DNA of 61,607 bases, counting the filler, from Hausera hauseri (Eukaryota): the NCBI GenBank assembly GCA_046269625.1. It is 12 parts of 12 records of this genome, joined end to end, with 100 filler letters (N's around TTAATTAATTAA, not from the genome) between each part and the next. Parts side by side here need not be neighbours in the genome. Positions count along the whole stretch, not along the records: positions 8,877 to 13,307 come from JBJURY010585445.1; positions 13,408 to 20,915 come from JBJURY010010123.1; positions 21,016 to 25,456 come from JBJURY010580558.1; 9 more parts are not named here. One strand, 5' to 3'. Positions 11,540-24,167 of the stretch are shown here, piece after piece. Position 1 is the stretch's first letter. Every line of letters starts with the position of its first letter. Below the pieces are notes generated by a model that worked only from the letters and a program-made list of their open reading frames with translations, ran no database searches and was not told the origin of the DNA. The position numbers and the translations under genes are program-made.

Positions 11540-12170
11540 ATGTCGATTTTCGAATTTGTTTATAGACATACACGCCTTTCGGATTGAAAATATCTGTTTG
11601 TACACGCATGTCATCTGAACACTGTTGTGTAAAGTCTATAAACAGATATCTATGTGGCTTACTCGTAGCATTATGGTATGCATCGATTAACTAGGTCCGG
11701 TTGTGAAGAAAATGCTTGTCACGCAACATAATCTGTAATAGTCAGATCACGGAGATTTTTGAACAACACCAAATAGTGTACGTTTAGATTTCTTGTTCGA
11801 TGCTGTCCGTCCTGGTGGAACATGTTTTACATAATGAAAATAACCGTCACATCACGGTGTCGTGCAATCTTCGTGAACACGTTGTTGAGGTCGGTTTGTT
11901 TCGCGGTTTCCTGGAATAAATCATCAATGACAATAACGTCACTGCTGTGTAATCGTCTGGACCAGTTTTTATCAAACTCATCAATTACCGTTATCGATTT
12001 TAATTTACAAAATTCCAGTTGTGTCAGACTGGACTCTCCATCATGATGGCTGTTTTCCTATTTGGAATCAAAAAGAAGAAAAAACAATTTTGCCAATTCT
12101 GATGAGTTGAACGATTTCTTCCGCAATACCATCGGGTGTATTGATAAGGAGTAATTTATGCACCAATGTG
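11540..12170 (-). pseudogene. A32/FtsK-HerA-type packaging ATPase pseudogene (Polinton)
   Basis: Walker B VIVIDDLF, FTKIARHRDVTVIFI, RTRNLNVHYLVLFKNLRD and PHRYLFIDF, with in-frame stops. Confidence 0.85.
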
Positions 12171-12540
12171 ATCGACTGTTAATGGATTTATCACTAATTA
12201 TTGACTCAAACGGCTGTTACATTAATGCTTAAACCTAATTTAGCATGTAAATATATTTGCTTTTTCTGTTGTTATTTTTCTCAAAACTTTTTGAATTATC
12301 TAAGTAGATTAGTTGCAAGGAAGACTATTCGTTTGAATGTGAATATTACAGATTTGGAATCATACAATAATCTTGATATTCTTATTTTGATAACTCTACG
12401 CCAATCTGAAATACACTGTATTTTATTGTCATATTGACCTTTGACCTATTGTTATACACACTTCATTAATTTGACCAATTGTATTTCGAATTTAACTAAT
12501 CTCATTAGAACTTTTATAATCAACATAACGAATTCATTCC

Positions 12541-13307
12541 ATGTTATCTGCCAGGATCCTTACAACAAAAGAACAATTCGATACTGCTGCGCAGTGGAAA
12601 TTTGGTAATTTTTACCTGACGCGATCTCGCTACTTGAATTCGTTGTTAACAAGTTTTACTTTCCATTTCATCGGGCTAACGTCTGGATTATTGATTTCAG
12701 TATATTTCAATGTTTCTTATCTCATTCCTAATTTTTTATGTTACTGTTTGACATTAACATTTGCTACTATTTTTATTCGACTTAATCGAAAATCGCAAAT
12801 CATCAATCGAACTAACATGAATGAAATTCAGTACCGAACTGATTGGGGGTACATTTTAATCGGAGTTCTTGGGGTTATCTATTTGAATCCTGCATTTTTC
12901 ATTTTGGTCTTAATTTCTAACATCATTCTGGCGGTTTATGTTGTCGGATCTGTTCATTTTGTGTGGTACATCGCCATGAGGGCAGAATTAGACGCAAATT
13001 CCTTCAATGAATTTTGGTATCGTCCTGGGAATTTTATGATTGGATTGTATGTTTCGGGTGAACAGAGAAATAAGCTTATTGGTATTGGTGGGTTGATGCG
13101 TACCAGTGAGCCGAATGTTGGAGAAATCAAACGAATATGGATTGCAGAAAATCAAAGGAGACAAGGATGTGGAATGTATCTTTTAAATGCAATTGTTGAA
13201 GAAGCGAAAAGACGGGGATACAAAACATTAGTTTTGACTTCTAGTACAGGTTTGTATGAAGCGTTTGGTTTGTACATTAAAGCCGGATTTCAAGTAACGA
13301 AGCGTAC
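12541..13307 (+). CDS. Membrane-anchored GNAT N-acetyltransferase (NAT8/camello-like), 3' truncated
   Basis: Several hydrophobic segments, then LIGIGGL..GEIKRIWI..QRRQGCG (acetyl-CoA motif A) and A.GLY.K.GF. Confidence 0.8.
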
Positions 13308-13407
13308 NNNNNNNNNNNNNNNNNNNNNNNNNNNNNNNNNNNNNNNNNNNNTTAATTAATTAANNNNNNNNNNNNNNNNNNNNNNNNNNNNNNNNNNNNN
13401 NNNNNNN

Positions 13408-13996
13408 AATCATATTTTATCAGTGATATTTCAGATCCTGTATCTATTAGTGCATAAACCTCCCAATCTTCCAATTGAATCTTTGCAAAAGGCCTGCCTT
13501 CGATCACTGTACCGTAATAGCTTGGTGCTATTTTGGGTTGTCGTATGGTAGACACCTTGTAACCGTTAATGGTAACTTCAGTGGTCCCAACTGGCTGCTC
13601 GACCATCTGTCTTAACTTCCCAGTTGGGTATAGTGCATTATTCGTTTCATTCGCGTTTTCCACTCTCTGGTTTCTAACCGTCGGTTGAACATCTGAGGTT
13701 TCGAGATTTCGTGCTTTATGGCGTCGAGTAAGTATCAATTGCATTTTGTTTGATTTAGGTATTCTGGGCGAATAAATTATACTGTGGTCGTCGACTGCTG
13801 ATCTATGGTGTGGAATCGAGGTTTTCTCCATTTCATGGATCTTACGCAGTATCCCATAACGTTTTGTTCCTTTGTAAGGATCCTCTAAACTAAACCGCTT
13901 CCGATAGAGGTCTGTCTGGCACGAACTCATAGACTGTTTCTCACAATCTTCATATATAGGCGCCGTTGGCGGCAATATGAGTAATGGTAGTTTCAT
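13408..13996 (-). CDS. Linker + retropepsin aspartic protease (start of pol), truncated by contig end
   Basis: GRPFAKIQLEDWEVYALIDTGSEISLIK. Confidence 0.85.
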
Positions 13997-14099
13997 AACG
14001 GAGTAATTTTTGTGCCTGTTTGACCTGAAAGGAACATCTCCTCCCTTAGGCTAATCATCATAATTATTTCTTCGTGTCTTGCTATCTAAGAATTTTTGC

Positions 14100-16003
14100 C
14101 TGTAATATATTAGGCGTCTTTTACGTTTCTTATTGTGATAACCAACATGTCGTTCTACATTTGTTTTCCATTTATTCTCTTCGTAAGTCTTTAAGAATTT
14201 GCCGAAAGGAGTAATAATAGCCGTTAGAAATTTTCATAAAAATCCTGTCAAGGTAAATATCTCATATCCATTTATGATTGACTGAATTATAGCTTTTACC
14301 CTTTGAATTAGAAATATATTGCTAGAAATCCTGACGCGGCTTGCCCGAATATTAGGAATCTTCTCCAAATTTTGTATAATATTTTTGTAGTTACTTTTTT
14401 ATAATATCCAACACCAAGTAATGACTCCCATTTTGCCTGGTAACGTGAGTCCTCTAGTATTGTATGCATCGCTCTATTCAATTCATGTGTGCGCTGACGA
14501 GGAAAAGCGAGAAATTGTCTAAACGCCTTTACTTCTTTTGGTCGGTAAATACCCTTCGCGGCCGTATCTTGAAACTTATCATCGGTTATTCCTTTTATTA
14601 GATTTGTACCTGTTAGCTTGGTAGGTAGTGCAATAATACCACCATTGGGTAAACTTACCCAGTCAGTTTCGCTGCATCTAAACATCGGCTCTCCTAAACT
14701 AGTATCTTAAAATGGTTGGTTGAGTGGCGTTCGTCAACAATACTCTGGTAATTGGTGTTGCTAACCTTGGTATGTCTTGATAGATTACCGGAAACTCTTG
14801 TATACACCTCTTCTCTTCCACATTAATCTGTACATCTTTCTTCTCGCACTCATACGTCAATAACACTTCTCCGGTTACTCGTCCAAAAACACTTTCCTTT
14901 ATCGGAATTATTGGTGATGCCAACTCGGGGTTTGCGTATATTAGAGCTAATTTAGTTCTCATGATTTCCAGATCCAATTTACAGTCGTTTTTTATCATTT
15001 TACGGTATAATTCGGCTATTCCGGCTTGTCCCTTATAGTAGAAATAGTCGTCTCTGTTCTTCAAATAGTCTTCAATCCGGATGTCTTGAGTCTCGAGTTT
15101 GAACGTTCTGGCGTTTATTTCTGTCTCGGCTATAAAAAATGCTTCGTAGTTGGTGGCATACATTACGACGTCGCATCTAGAGAGCATGTCTTTCTTTATA
15201 AATTTTAATCCATGAAAATCAGAAATCAGTATTGTAGGTGTGGACTGTTCGGCTACATCCTCTCGCGTTTTAGAGTTAGTTTCTTGGCTACTTATGTACC
15301 GTTTTCCCGTTGTCTCGTTGAATTTTAGTTCTTTAATTCGGATAAAATTACAATCAGTCTTGGCTAAAGGTTCCTAAATTACTACTGAACTACGAAATGG
15401 ACATGTGCCATCCTGAATGTGGCATTTGTAATTCTCGGTGTAATGCTTAGTAACGCTATGGAACATCACTTTCTGCATACGCATTTCGGTTTCGTAAAAA
15501 TCTACTACTACGACGTTCGGCTCCAATCCTTTTTCGGTATCGTATTCCGCACCTTGGCAATGTCTCGTGTGCATGTCTAGCCTTCCGGCCCCTATTTTGT
15601 ACACTCTGACTATTTTTCCTTGCTGTATCTTTAGTTTCATACCATCCCACTTTATTCTTCCCGTCTCTCTTGCTTGCTTACAATGTTGACATTCTAAATT
15701 CATCGGAATTGATGGGGTTCTCGGCTTTATTACTGACGAGTGCCCATGTATCAGTCCACAATGAAAAATGCTGCGAGATCGCCTCAACATACATTCTACT
15801 CCGTCTAATGCAATTAGTTCACGTTGTTGGTATAATACGTAACTCTTTTCTTTTGTTTCTAATTTGTGTGGTCTGTAGTCTTCACACATTTCCAAGTCCA
15901 TTAGTGAGTATTTTTGGCCAAGTCTAAATTTGTCACAATCATATACTGTGACTGCACCCATTTGTTTTATCAACATCATCATGGTCAGAAAGTTTATTAG
16001 CCA
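14100..16003 (-). pseudogene. env: Chuvirus/gB-like (class III) envelope glycoprotein, frameshifted
   Basis: Hydrophobic signal, then AVTVYDC...SLMDLEMC...YQQ...ECMLRRSRSIFHCGLIHGHSS, GEVLLTYEC, CIQEFPVIY, PITRVL, GIY, and a C-terminal TM FLIFGQAASGFLAIYF. This is the Cys/motif pattern of chuvirus-type G proteins. Confidence 0.8.
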
Positions 16004-19000
16004 ATTCGATTCGTTTCCTCTACGATTTCCAGCTATATTTCGTAGCAATTCTTCGAATATATTGTTATCGAAGGGGAATCCACTCTGATTTTCTTCCTCT
16101 TTTTTGAATAACTTAGACCAATTCACTTCTCGGGATAACTTTCTGGCAGCCTTCCTTGCCAAGCTAGTAGCCTTGATGAACTCATTTTCCAGATTTGGAT
16201 TGGTTTTGATGGCCAGGTATAGCAACACCTTTCTCAGTTCCTCTATAGTATTTTCTACCATAATTTTCTCGATTATCATTTCATCACTTAAAGTGCTCTT
16301 AGTTGATTTACAGCGCAGGTTCTTCATAACCTTTGCGGCGTTCGCTATGGTCTTCTCCTTCTCATCTAATATGTCACTGCTGAGGCTAGAGTAGTTTACT
16401 ATTCGTATCAAATCTTTCATCAGTTCGTTCAGTTCTTCATTATCTGCGCCAACGGTCGGTATGAACATCTGCCTCAATTCTCTAATCGAGTCTCCATTAT
16501 AATCGATTTCATTTCGTTTTATCCGTAGCCTACCAACAGGACGTTTCTGTTTTGTTACCACGGTTATATTGCCATCGATTGGTACTAAATTCTTATCATA
16601 CTGCTCGTTATCTTCATCCGTTTGTAAATACTTAAAATACACTGCTGCACCCCGGACTCCCATTATTCGTCCTACCTGTTGTTCTGCTTTAGCCTTTTTT
16701 ATAGCCTCCTCCTTTATCTCGTCGTTAGCGGTGGTTACCACCAACCGATTTACTTCCTCTTGAATAATTCCAACTTCTATTCATGGTTCCGTCTCGTCTA
16801 GTATCCTTCTTCGGAAATAAAGCCTATAGATCAACTCATGGGCATATCCGTTGTTCTTCATCCACAGTAATACATCCTTTACAAGGGAACGCGTAGTGAA
16901 CTCTTGTTCCTTCTCGTCCATCCAATCTGATGCTGTTTTTACTAGAATCGTTTCTTCTGCCTTTGCCTTTAAAATTTTGGTATATACTTTGAGTAAAAGC
17001 TTAGGTACTGTACTAAAAATCGTACCTTCACTAGCCAATTTAGTTAGAGTGGGGACTAGCTGTCTTAATTGAATTTCAGCAAGATTTATTTCTATCAGCT
17101 GAGTTAAATCCTTCTCAGTTTGCGCTGGGTCCAGAAGCATTTCTTTGTTGAACCTTTGTTTAGGAGAATACATTTCCATTTAGCTTAAGTGTATTGGGTT
17201 TTTCAGATTTCCCGCAATCATTGCATCTAAATAGGCTTCCCAATCTGGTTCATTTTCATTATCTGGCAGTTGATAGTTCTTCAACGGTGAATCGGTTGGC
17301 CTACCTACCACTGTGGGCCACGTAGTTGCTCGGAGTACTTGTAATTTCTGTTGCATCTGGACCATTTGGCGGACGTTTGGTGGAGCAGTGTTAAGAATGA
17401 ACATAATTCTTCGGGTGAAATTAGACTCTTTTCTTGGTATTTCGTTAGTTCGGACGTGACATCTATTTGCCATCTTTGACTGAATTGTGACTTGTCAGCT
17501 TTTTAGGCTTCTGTAAGGACGTATTGGTTTTTGTAAACTTCGAGTTCTCTAGCTAGTTCGTCCAACCTTATTGCTCTCTGTTTCGTCTTAATGCAAGTTT
17601 CTTCGACTTGCTGTATCTGCTGCAACAATTGTCTTAGTTTCTCATCACTAATTTCTGCCATTTCGGCCATCAATAGCGCTAGTTCGGACATCTCATTAAT
17701 GTTCTTTGAATTCGGATCTATCGCATCTATTAGTTTTTTTACGAACTTAATATCTTCGAAGTTAAGGTGGCGGTCGTTCATTATTTTAGTTAATTCGGCA
17801 TGAAGTCTTTGGTCTGTTCCATCTCTCCACTCTTGTGGACGATGTAAGAACTTAACTGCTTCTTTAACAACTGATCGGTATTCGGGACAAAAGTCCAAGG
17901 TTTTAAAATCTTGTGACGAGATTTCTTCGATGGGTTTGGCTGTCAACCAGCGTATTCCTTTCAAGCAGATATCTCTTAGTCGTGGGTAGAAATCGCAAGT
18001 CACGTTTCGCTTTCGCGTGAAATTAGTTTCTTCAATCATTTTATATATACCGTTTAGCACCATCATCTCTCCTTTCTTTTCCATGAAGTTTAATTGACGT
18101 AGTGCTTCGAATTGGGTTCGGATGTCAATCTCTGCTTTCATCGTATCTAGGTTTTGGGCGTCTTCTTCCAGCTGCTTCTTAACTGTAGGTTCACTTTCTG
18201 AAAATTCCTTTTTTCGATCGGCCACTAATTCACTCAGCCTCGTTATTACTCCTGACTATTCTTTCAACTGGTTAGCGATTTCTGGCTTTGCCAGTATCGC
18301 TTTATTTAACATTTTGCGGGCGTCATTTAGCTCGTCATCTGGACCTCTAATAAAATCGATGATCCGGTAGGCACAGTCAAACTCATCTTTATATTCATCT
18401 AATTCGAAGAGACAAGTATGAATTATTTTCTGTGTTTTTATATCAGCTGGGTGCATGATCCTATTCCTTAGACTATATATCTGCGACCGCTTTTCGACTT
18501 CTATTTTAAGACGGTTTTCCAAACTAGTATATTGCCTTGTCGCAGTAGAAGCGATTTTTATCATTTCCGTTAATGGCGGAATATCCAATACGTCTATGCC
18601 TAACATCTCTAAGTCGTTTGCATCTCGTTCTTTGTCCGGCTTCTTTCTTAGTTGTTCGACTATGATGAATCTAAATTCGTCCATGACACGCTCCAAATTA
18701 CATGCTGCTCTTTTTCATTTCGGGTTGGCTTCTAATGTAGCTAATAACGACTGAGCCTGGTTGACCCTAGTTTCAATGTTTTGGGTAGTTTTATCCCATG
18801 TCTCCGGAAGTTTTGTCTTACTTCTGATCCACCGTTCTAACTCACGTTTCAACTAAACTAGGGTTTCTTTTGCCACTTCTTCTGGTTGATCCAAATCTAT
18901 AGCTTCACTTAGTTTCCCTTTGCTACATAGTTTCATATTTTTATATAATCTTTCTGCAAACTGCTGTTCTTTACCATAAATATCCACTTGTTCGCTCACT

Positions 19001-19548
19001 GCTTTAAGCTTCTCTAGATTTTGTCGTAATACTTCTGGGTTACGATAGTTTATCCTTATTCTTTTTAACTCTTCTGCATTTTTCTACGAGCGCCTAATTT
19101 TCCACTTTTTAGGATCAAGTTTGTCTTCTCGTTTTGTTTTCTCTTCGCTCGTAAGTAAGGGACATACATTATTTATTTTATCTATAGATTTCATCAGCTC
19201 ACCCATTTTGCTAGTCGTAACTAAATTAATTTTCAAAATGTGCGAGGCACACTCCGTTTCACTGTATAATGCGAATTCTGAATCTCACTTGGTCCTTGAT
19301 TTCTCTTTAATCATTGGGGATCTAGAACGATCCTTCCGTTTCCGTCACAATGATGGGCTACAGCCTCTATTCTTGGTGATTTTAAGAATAAGCGGTTCGA
19401 GAAATTCTTCTTTTTCGTCAGGCTCTGCCTCCTTGGTTACCTTTTCTATAGTATGCTCAGGTTCCGAATCTGCCTTATCCGGAGTCTGAGGCCTCCCTGA
19501 GTCGATTGGTTCTTTGTTTATCGTAGAAGCGTTCTTTTTCCGAGCCAT
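16004..19548 (-). pseudogene. Long unknown helical leader (~1200 aa, fragmented) with a ubiquitin-like domain
   Basis: Consecutive ORF fragments 19548, 18696, 18225, 17473, 17179 and 16744. The last runs without a stop into the glycoprotein. The part from ~18200 downward is conserved in copy 2. Confidence 0.65.
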
Positions 19549-19694
19549 ATTAGTTAGTCTTGGTGGGGCAGTGGAATGTTCCTATTCCGTTTCTGGTTTA
19601 CGCAGGCCATGGTAAACTTGCATTAGGCGTAATTTATGCTCATATTCATTTCTAGCCACTAAGTCTTTTGGGTCATTAGTTTGAGGCTGTGCTT

Positions 19695-20864
19695 TTAAAA
19701 AAGCCGTAAATTCTGTATCTCAATAATCATTCCTGTGTCTTTACAAACACCGTAAATTACTTCTAAATTTTCGTTTTTAATTACATTGGTTTTATTAGGC
19801 TCCACAAACGAGACACTTCGCGGATTCGGATAGGACCTCGCTATGTGTCCTTCTTGTCCACATGTGAAACAGATCAAATTGCCATTTCTTCCAACCCTTT
19901 GTCTACCATCCTCGTTTAACGGAGATTTCGATCTACTCGGATTTATATTGTAACCTTGCTGCGGTGGAGTCTGTCTAGGGTCTCCATATTGACAATTATC
20001 GTAACTCCGGTTGTCATTTTGTCGACTAAAGTTTTTGGAGCCATCTAGGCGTTTATCTGTCTGGTAATTTGGTTTATTAGACAAACTATTTCGACTATTA
20101 TCAAACTTCTGATTGCTGTATCGATCGTTTCGGTGATCATAATTACCGTTTCTGTTCCTATCTCCATAATTCTTGTTAAGTCGTCTATCGGTTCTATTGT
20201 GGCGATTTCTATCGCTCCGATCGCCTTGATCATTATTTCTATCATTATTTCTAGTATATCTGGCCAACGCCATTTCTATATCTTGAGCTAATTGCAATGT
20301 CATATCAAAATTCTCTGGACGTGCTAGAATCAATTGCTTCACTATGTCTTTAGACCAAATCCCATTTATTAATTTCGTCATTATCATGACGTCTAAATTA
20401 GGAGGGCTTGCCTTTTTTGCGGCCTCACGTTCTGCTTAGATTTTAGCCTTTGCTATGTTTGCTATCCTTCAGGTACTTACATAGCTGTTTGTCAACTTCT
20501 TTAATGCAGAAGCGAATTGGGTTATCGATTCACCCTTTTGTTGTACTTGATTCTGGAAAGCCATGAGCTTTTGTTGCGGAGTTACAGTCGGCAATAATTT
20601 TCGATTCAAGGCTCCTACCAGGGAGGACCAAGTTTTATTTTCATCATCCGTGAGTTCACTATAGGCATCAGCGGCCAGATTCTTTAGATACAGGGACAGA
20701 CGTTTGATAATTACGTTAGCTGCTAATCCATCACCTTCTGCATGTAACTTATATGTTCTTAAAAATTCATTAAGTCCATCCGGGTTTCCAACGTACGCCG
20801 GCAGATTAAGAGAGTTAAATGTGAAAATGTCCAACTTTTGCGCTACTGCCTGATTTTCAACCAT
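19695..20864 (-). pseudogene. gag: Gag (capsid + NC) with premature stops
   Basis: LSLYLKNLAADAY..W..L, QQKGESITQFASALKKL (major-homology-like), an R/N-rich NC region and a degenerate knuckle CFTCGQEGHIARSY. Confidence 0.85.
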
Positions 20865-21015
20865 ATTTTTAAAGTTTAATAGATTTTGCTTTACTATCCT
20901 ACGAGCTCTAATTTTNNNNNNNNNNNNNNNNNNNNNNNNNNNNNNNNNNNNNNNNNNNNTTAATTAATTAANNNNNNNNNNNNNNNNNNNNNNNNNNNNN
21001 NNNNNNNNNNNNNNN

Positions 21016-22180
21016 ATACAGCAAAAGAAATGTGTCGGCTATCTTTTTGTAGGTTGTTGCCTTTGCTAGAACTTGCCGTGTGTCCTAGCGGCTAAATCAG
21101 TATTTTTGTAGCTGGTGAGTTTGGCCTACTATGTTGTGTGAGTTTAGTGGTGTTGATTTTATTGTGCGTGTTGTAGTTACAGCAAGGTAGGCATTTTTGT
21201 GTTTTTGTTTCAAATTTTGAGTGATAGATGCAAACGATGTTGCTTGCATTAAAATTGGGGAGTAAAATTTACAACCAATGCAGCATTTCTGCGCATTGTT
21301 ACCAAATTTGTTGTGATAGTAGCAAATAGACGACTGCGCGGGCGAAGACAACCGTCTTCGTCGTTGATGAAATATATTAGGGGAAGCAGCCCTAGAAAAA
21401 CCTCGTCGAGGTGGCATTAACTCATTTAATTTCTCGTTTATGTTATTAATTTTCTTTTGTAACATATCATTGTCTGTGCGTAATTGCGCAATTTGTTGCT
21501 ACAGCATTGCATTTTGTTGTTGGTGGTTTGTTATTAATGCCGCAGAAACAGTTGGTGTTGTGTATGAGTGCAGCACTTCATAGGCTTTGTCCGCCAGTTC
21601 GGCCAACTTTTCCAGTGCCGTGGAGTCTTCGACCACAGTTAGCAAAGCTCTTATTTGAAGGGGCAATACGTTTAGGAAGTAACGACGAAGAAGTTCTGGA
21701 CTATGCTCAGATGTTATGCCAAGGGTTTTGAGGTGAGACAAAGATGTGCGCAAGAATTCAGAAGGCTTCTGAAGGTCCATGGCGTTGTCGTTGAAGAATC
21801 TTTGCATGATAAAGTCAATTGACGGCTCAGTGAGCTTAAGAACGGCATTATAAAGTTGAGAATATGGATCGGTGTGGTGAAGGATGTCCATGATGTTTGT
21901 AATTTTAGTTTTGATGGAAGCAGGTAAATGAAAAAACAGGCTGTTGGCTTTGGATAAGGGGTCGATGACGTTTTGTGATTGGAGCCAGAATTGGAGAATT
22001 TTTAGCCATGTTTGGGTAGAATTTTGGCTGTCATATAAGTATTCTGTGAAGGTTGAATGAACAAGGAGTGTGTGCTGTGTCAGAGTGTTTGAAGTACTTT
22101 GTTTGGGTAAGTATGTGATAGAAATCGGTGGTTTGGTGGGTTTGTCCGTGGTATCAATAGTGTGTAGTGAATCCATGCCA
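21016..22180 (-). pseudogene. gag: CsRn1-like Ty3/Gypsy gag (same family as 51235-52236)
   Basis: DPYSQLYNAVL, KPSEFLR, FLNVLPLQIRALL, LAELADK and a CYYHNKFGNNAQKC..GC (CHCC) motif. Directly alignable with the 51235 ORF. Confidence 0.85.
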
Positions 22181-23102
22181 CCACGGATGAAGAAGTTTAT
22201 GTGAAGGTGAATATAGATGGAAGAGGGTTGCAGATTCCCAAAGAGATGTAACGTGGCGCCGTAATGTGTGAGGTAAAAGTCTGGTGTGCGAAAAAGAGTG
22301 GAGATGAAGTTATAAATTGCCGTCGTGTTTAAATGCGTTACAGCATTTGTGCAAATGTGTTTGTTATTTAAGAAAAAATAGGAAATGAGAAGAGGTCGTG
22401 TAGCCGGGGCATGTCGCGGAGCGACAACGAAGGGTGCCGTCCGACCCAATGGTATAGGGTGGGCGGCCGCGGTTTTAGCTTCGCCGCGGCGGGTCGCAAA
22501 CTAAGGGGTAACCGATATCTTACCAGTCTTGGTGTAGAATGTATCCAAACCTACAACCATAGTCGGACTAAGCTTTAAATCAATGTCCCACGGGTCATAA
22601 TCAATTTTAGCAAACATATGCACTACGGTTTTATTAGCAACAAATATCAAAGTAATATTCATTTTATTCACCTGGATTTGTTTGATGATGGTGCTAGCCA
22701 CAATGGCTTTGTTGTCCTTTCTTCGTTTCTGTTCATTTTCGACGAGTGGTAATTCTTCAGGTCGTGCCATTCAAGAAGTCATAGTTCGGTGGAACCTGCT
22801 TAGAGCTGGAGCGTTCAGATCTTTTAAATTATCCTCGATTGCTTCTTGGAATAGCCGGATTTATTCGGCTTTTGCTCGCTCTGTGCTAGGATCGCCTAAA
22901 ATCGGCGAACGAGTCTATCGGATACTCCTGGCGACACAATCAATGGAAATATGCGGTATAAAAATTTTGTTGAAACCCGTTTTATTTGTAATTGCGCAAT
23001 AGTGCATGTCTGCGAACGCCATACTCTAACTGTACTCACCGACTATTTCATTGTTAACGAGATCTCGATTGTGCTTCAATAACAAAGAGGCTAAGAATTT
23101 CT

Positions 23103-24167
23103 TTACGTCCGACTGATAACTCTCCATGACGTTTTGAGTGCCATGTTCAGTAGACCACGAATACCATTAATGCTTTTGTTGTTGCTGTCGTCAAATCTCG
23201 CGTCAGTGCGGATAGCCATGTCGTTGTATGGATACAAATATCGACCCTCAGAGTCAACACCGAGTTCACATCGTAATTCGGTGTATCTGGTGTGATCATG
23301 ATCAGTGACAAGGTCTGCGGATGGAGTAAAAATAAGGGCCATGATAAGCGGAAGTCCGGGAATGTATGGCATTAGATTACAGTTTCGTAACATCAAGTCG
23401 TTACCCTGTTCACCGACCGTACATGACTGAACACAGCCGGCTACTGACAAACGAGTCAATTGAATTTGTGGTTCTGGTTCGATTAAAATAGAACAGACAG
23501 AATGGGGAGCAATGCTAACGGGTCGTTTGCTAGACTCCTTTACACCGTGGAATTTCATCAAGAATGGATGATGAGGTGCTCTCAACGTAATGGTTTCAAA
23601 AGATAGTTTATGTTTAACCGACTCCATCAGTATATTCAACTTATTTGTCGTGACAATGTCATCGCCAAAATCATCAATGTCAATGTCCGATTCGCTATCG
23701 TTCAGTCCCAAGCTTTTTACGAAGTTTGGTTTTGTCATTACTGTTTCTCCGGAGAATAAATCTATTTGTCGTTTATTGCTACACTTGACCCACTAAACAT
23801 TATCCCGTCGACTGCTAAAACCTTCTTCAGCATACTCGGCAATTCCCATGATTATGAGTTCTTCATTGAGTATTCGGTTGTTATGATCGACCATGTGCAC
23901 TGTCACTCGGTCGACATTATCTACAACCAAATAGACTTTACACAAAAATGGTGCATTTATGTATGCATTTATATATTTGAAAAACACATCCCGATCCTTA
24001 CTAGTCCATGGGTCGTCGTGACATGCAGCACTTGGTTTGATTTCACTGAGTGAAAATTTCACGGCTAAGAAGAGGCAAATCTTCAACAGCCGTTCCGAAA
24101 GTTCATACGTATATATAGATCGTACACTGTACGTATTTCCGTAGTCGACAAAATACACCGTCATCAA
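23103..24167 (-). pseudogene. TDRD9: TDRD9/spindle-E Tudor and C-terminal region fragment
   Basis: Tudor VYFVDYGN..LSEIKP, then LMPYIPGLPLIMALIFTP..YTELRCELG..YPYNDM..FD..INGIR, matching the spn-E C-terminus. Stops and frameshifts present. Confidence 0.75.

Larger units (their letters stand above)
13408..20915 (-). mobile_element. Env-bearing LTR retroelement (Ty3/Gypsy-like), order gag - leader/UBL - glycoprotein - protease; degenerate copy 1
   Basis: Collinear minus-strand ORF fragments within one contig: CCHC gag, long helical region, glycoprotein, TM, DTG protease. Confidence 0.8.

Noticed and set aside
14100-16003. Stand-alone endogenous chuvirus (RNA virus) insertion
   Set aside because: No L or N gene is recognised. 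The glycoprotein is fused to a leader and flanked by gag and protease, so it reads as a retroelement env.
22290-22500. GC-rich hairpin region as the 5' LTR of the 21-kb Gypsy copy
   Set aside because: No clear primer-binding site and no similarity to the putative LTR at 56238-56513; cannot be supported
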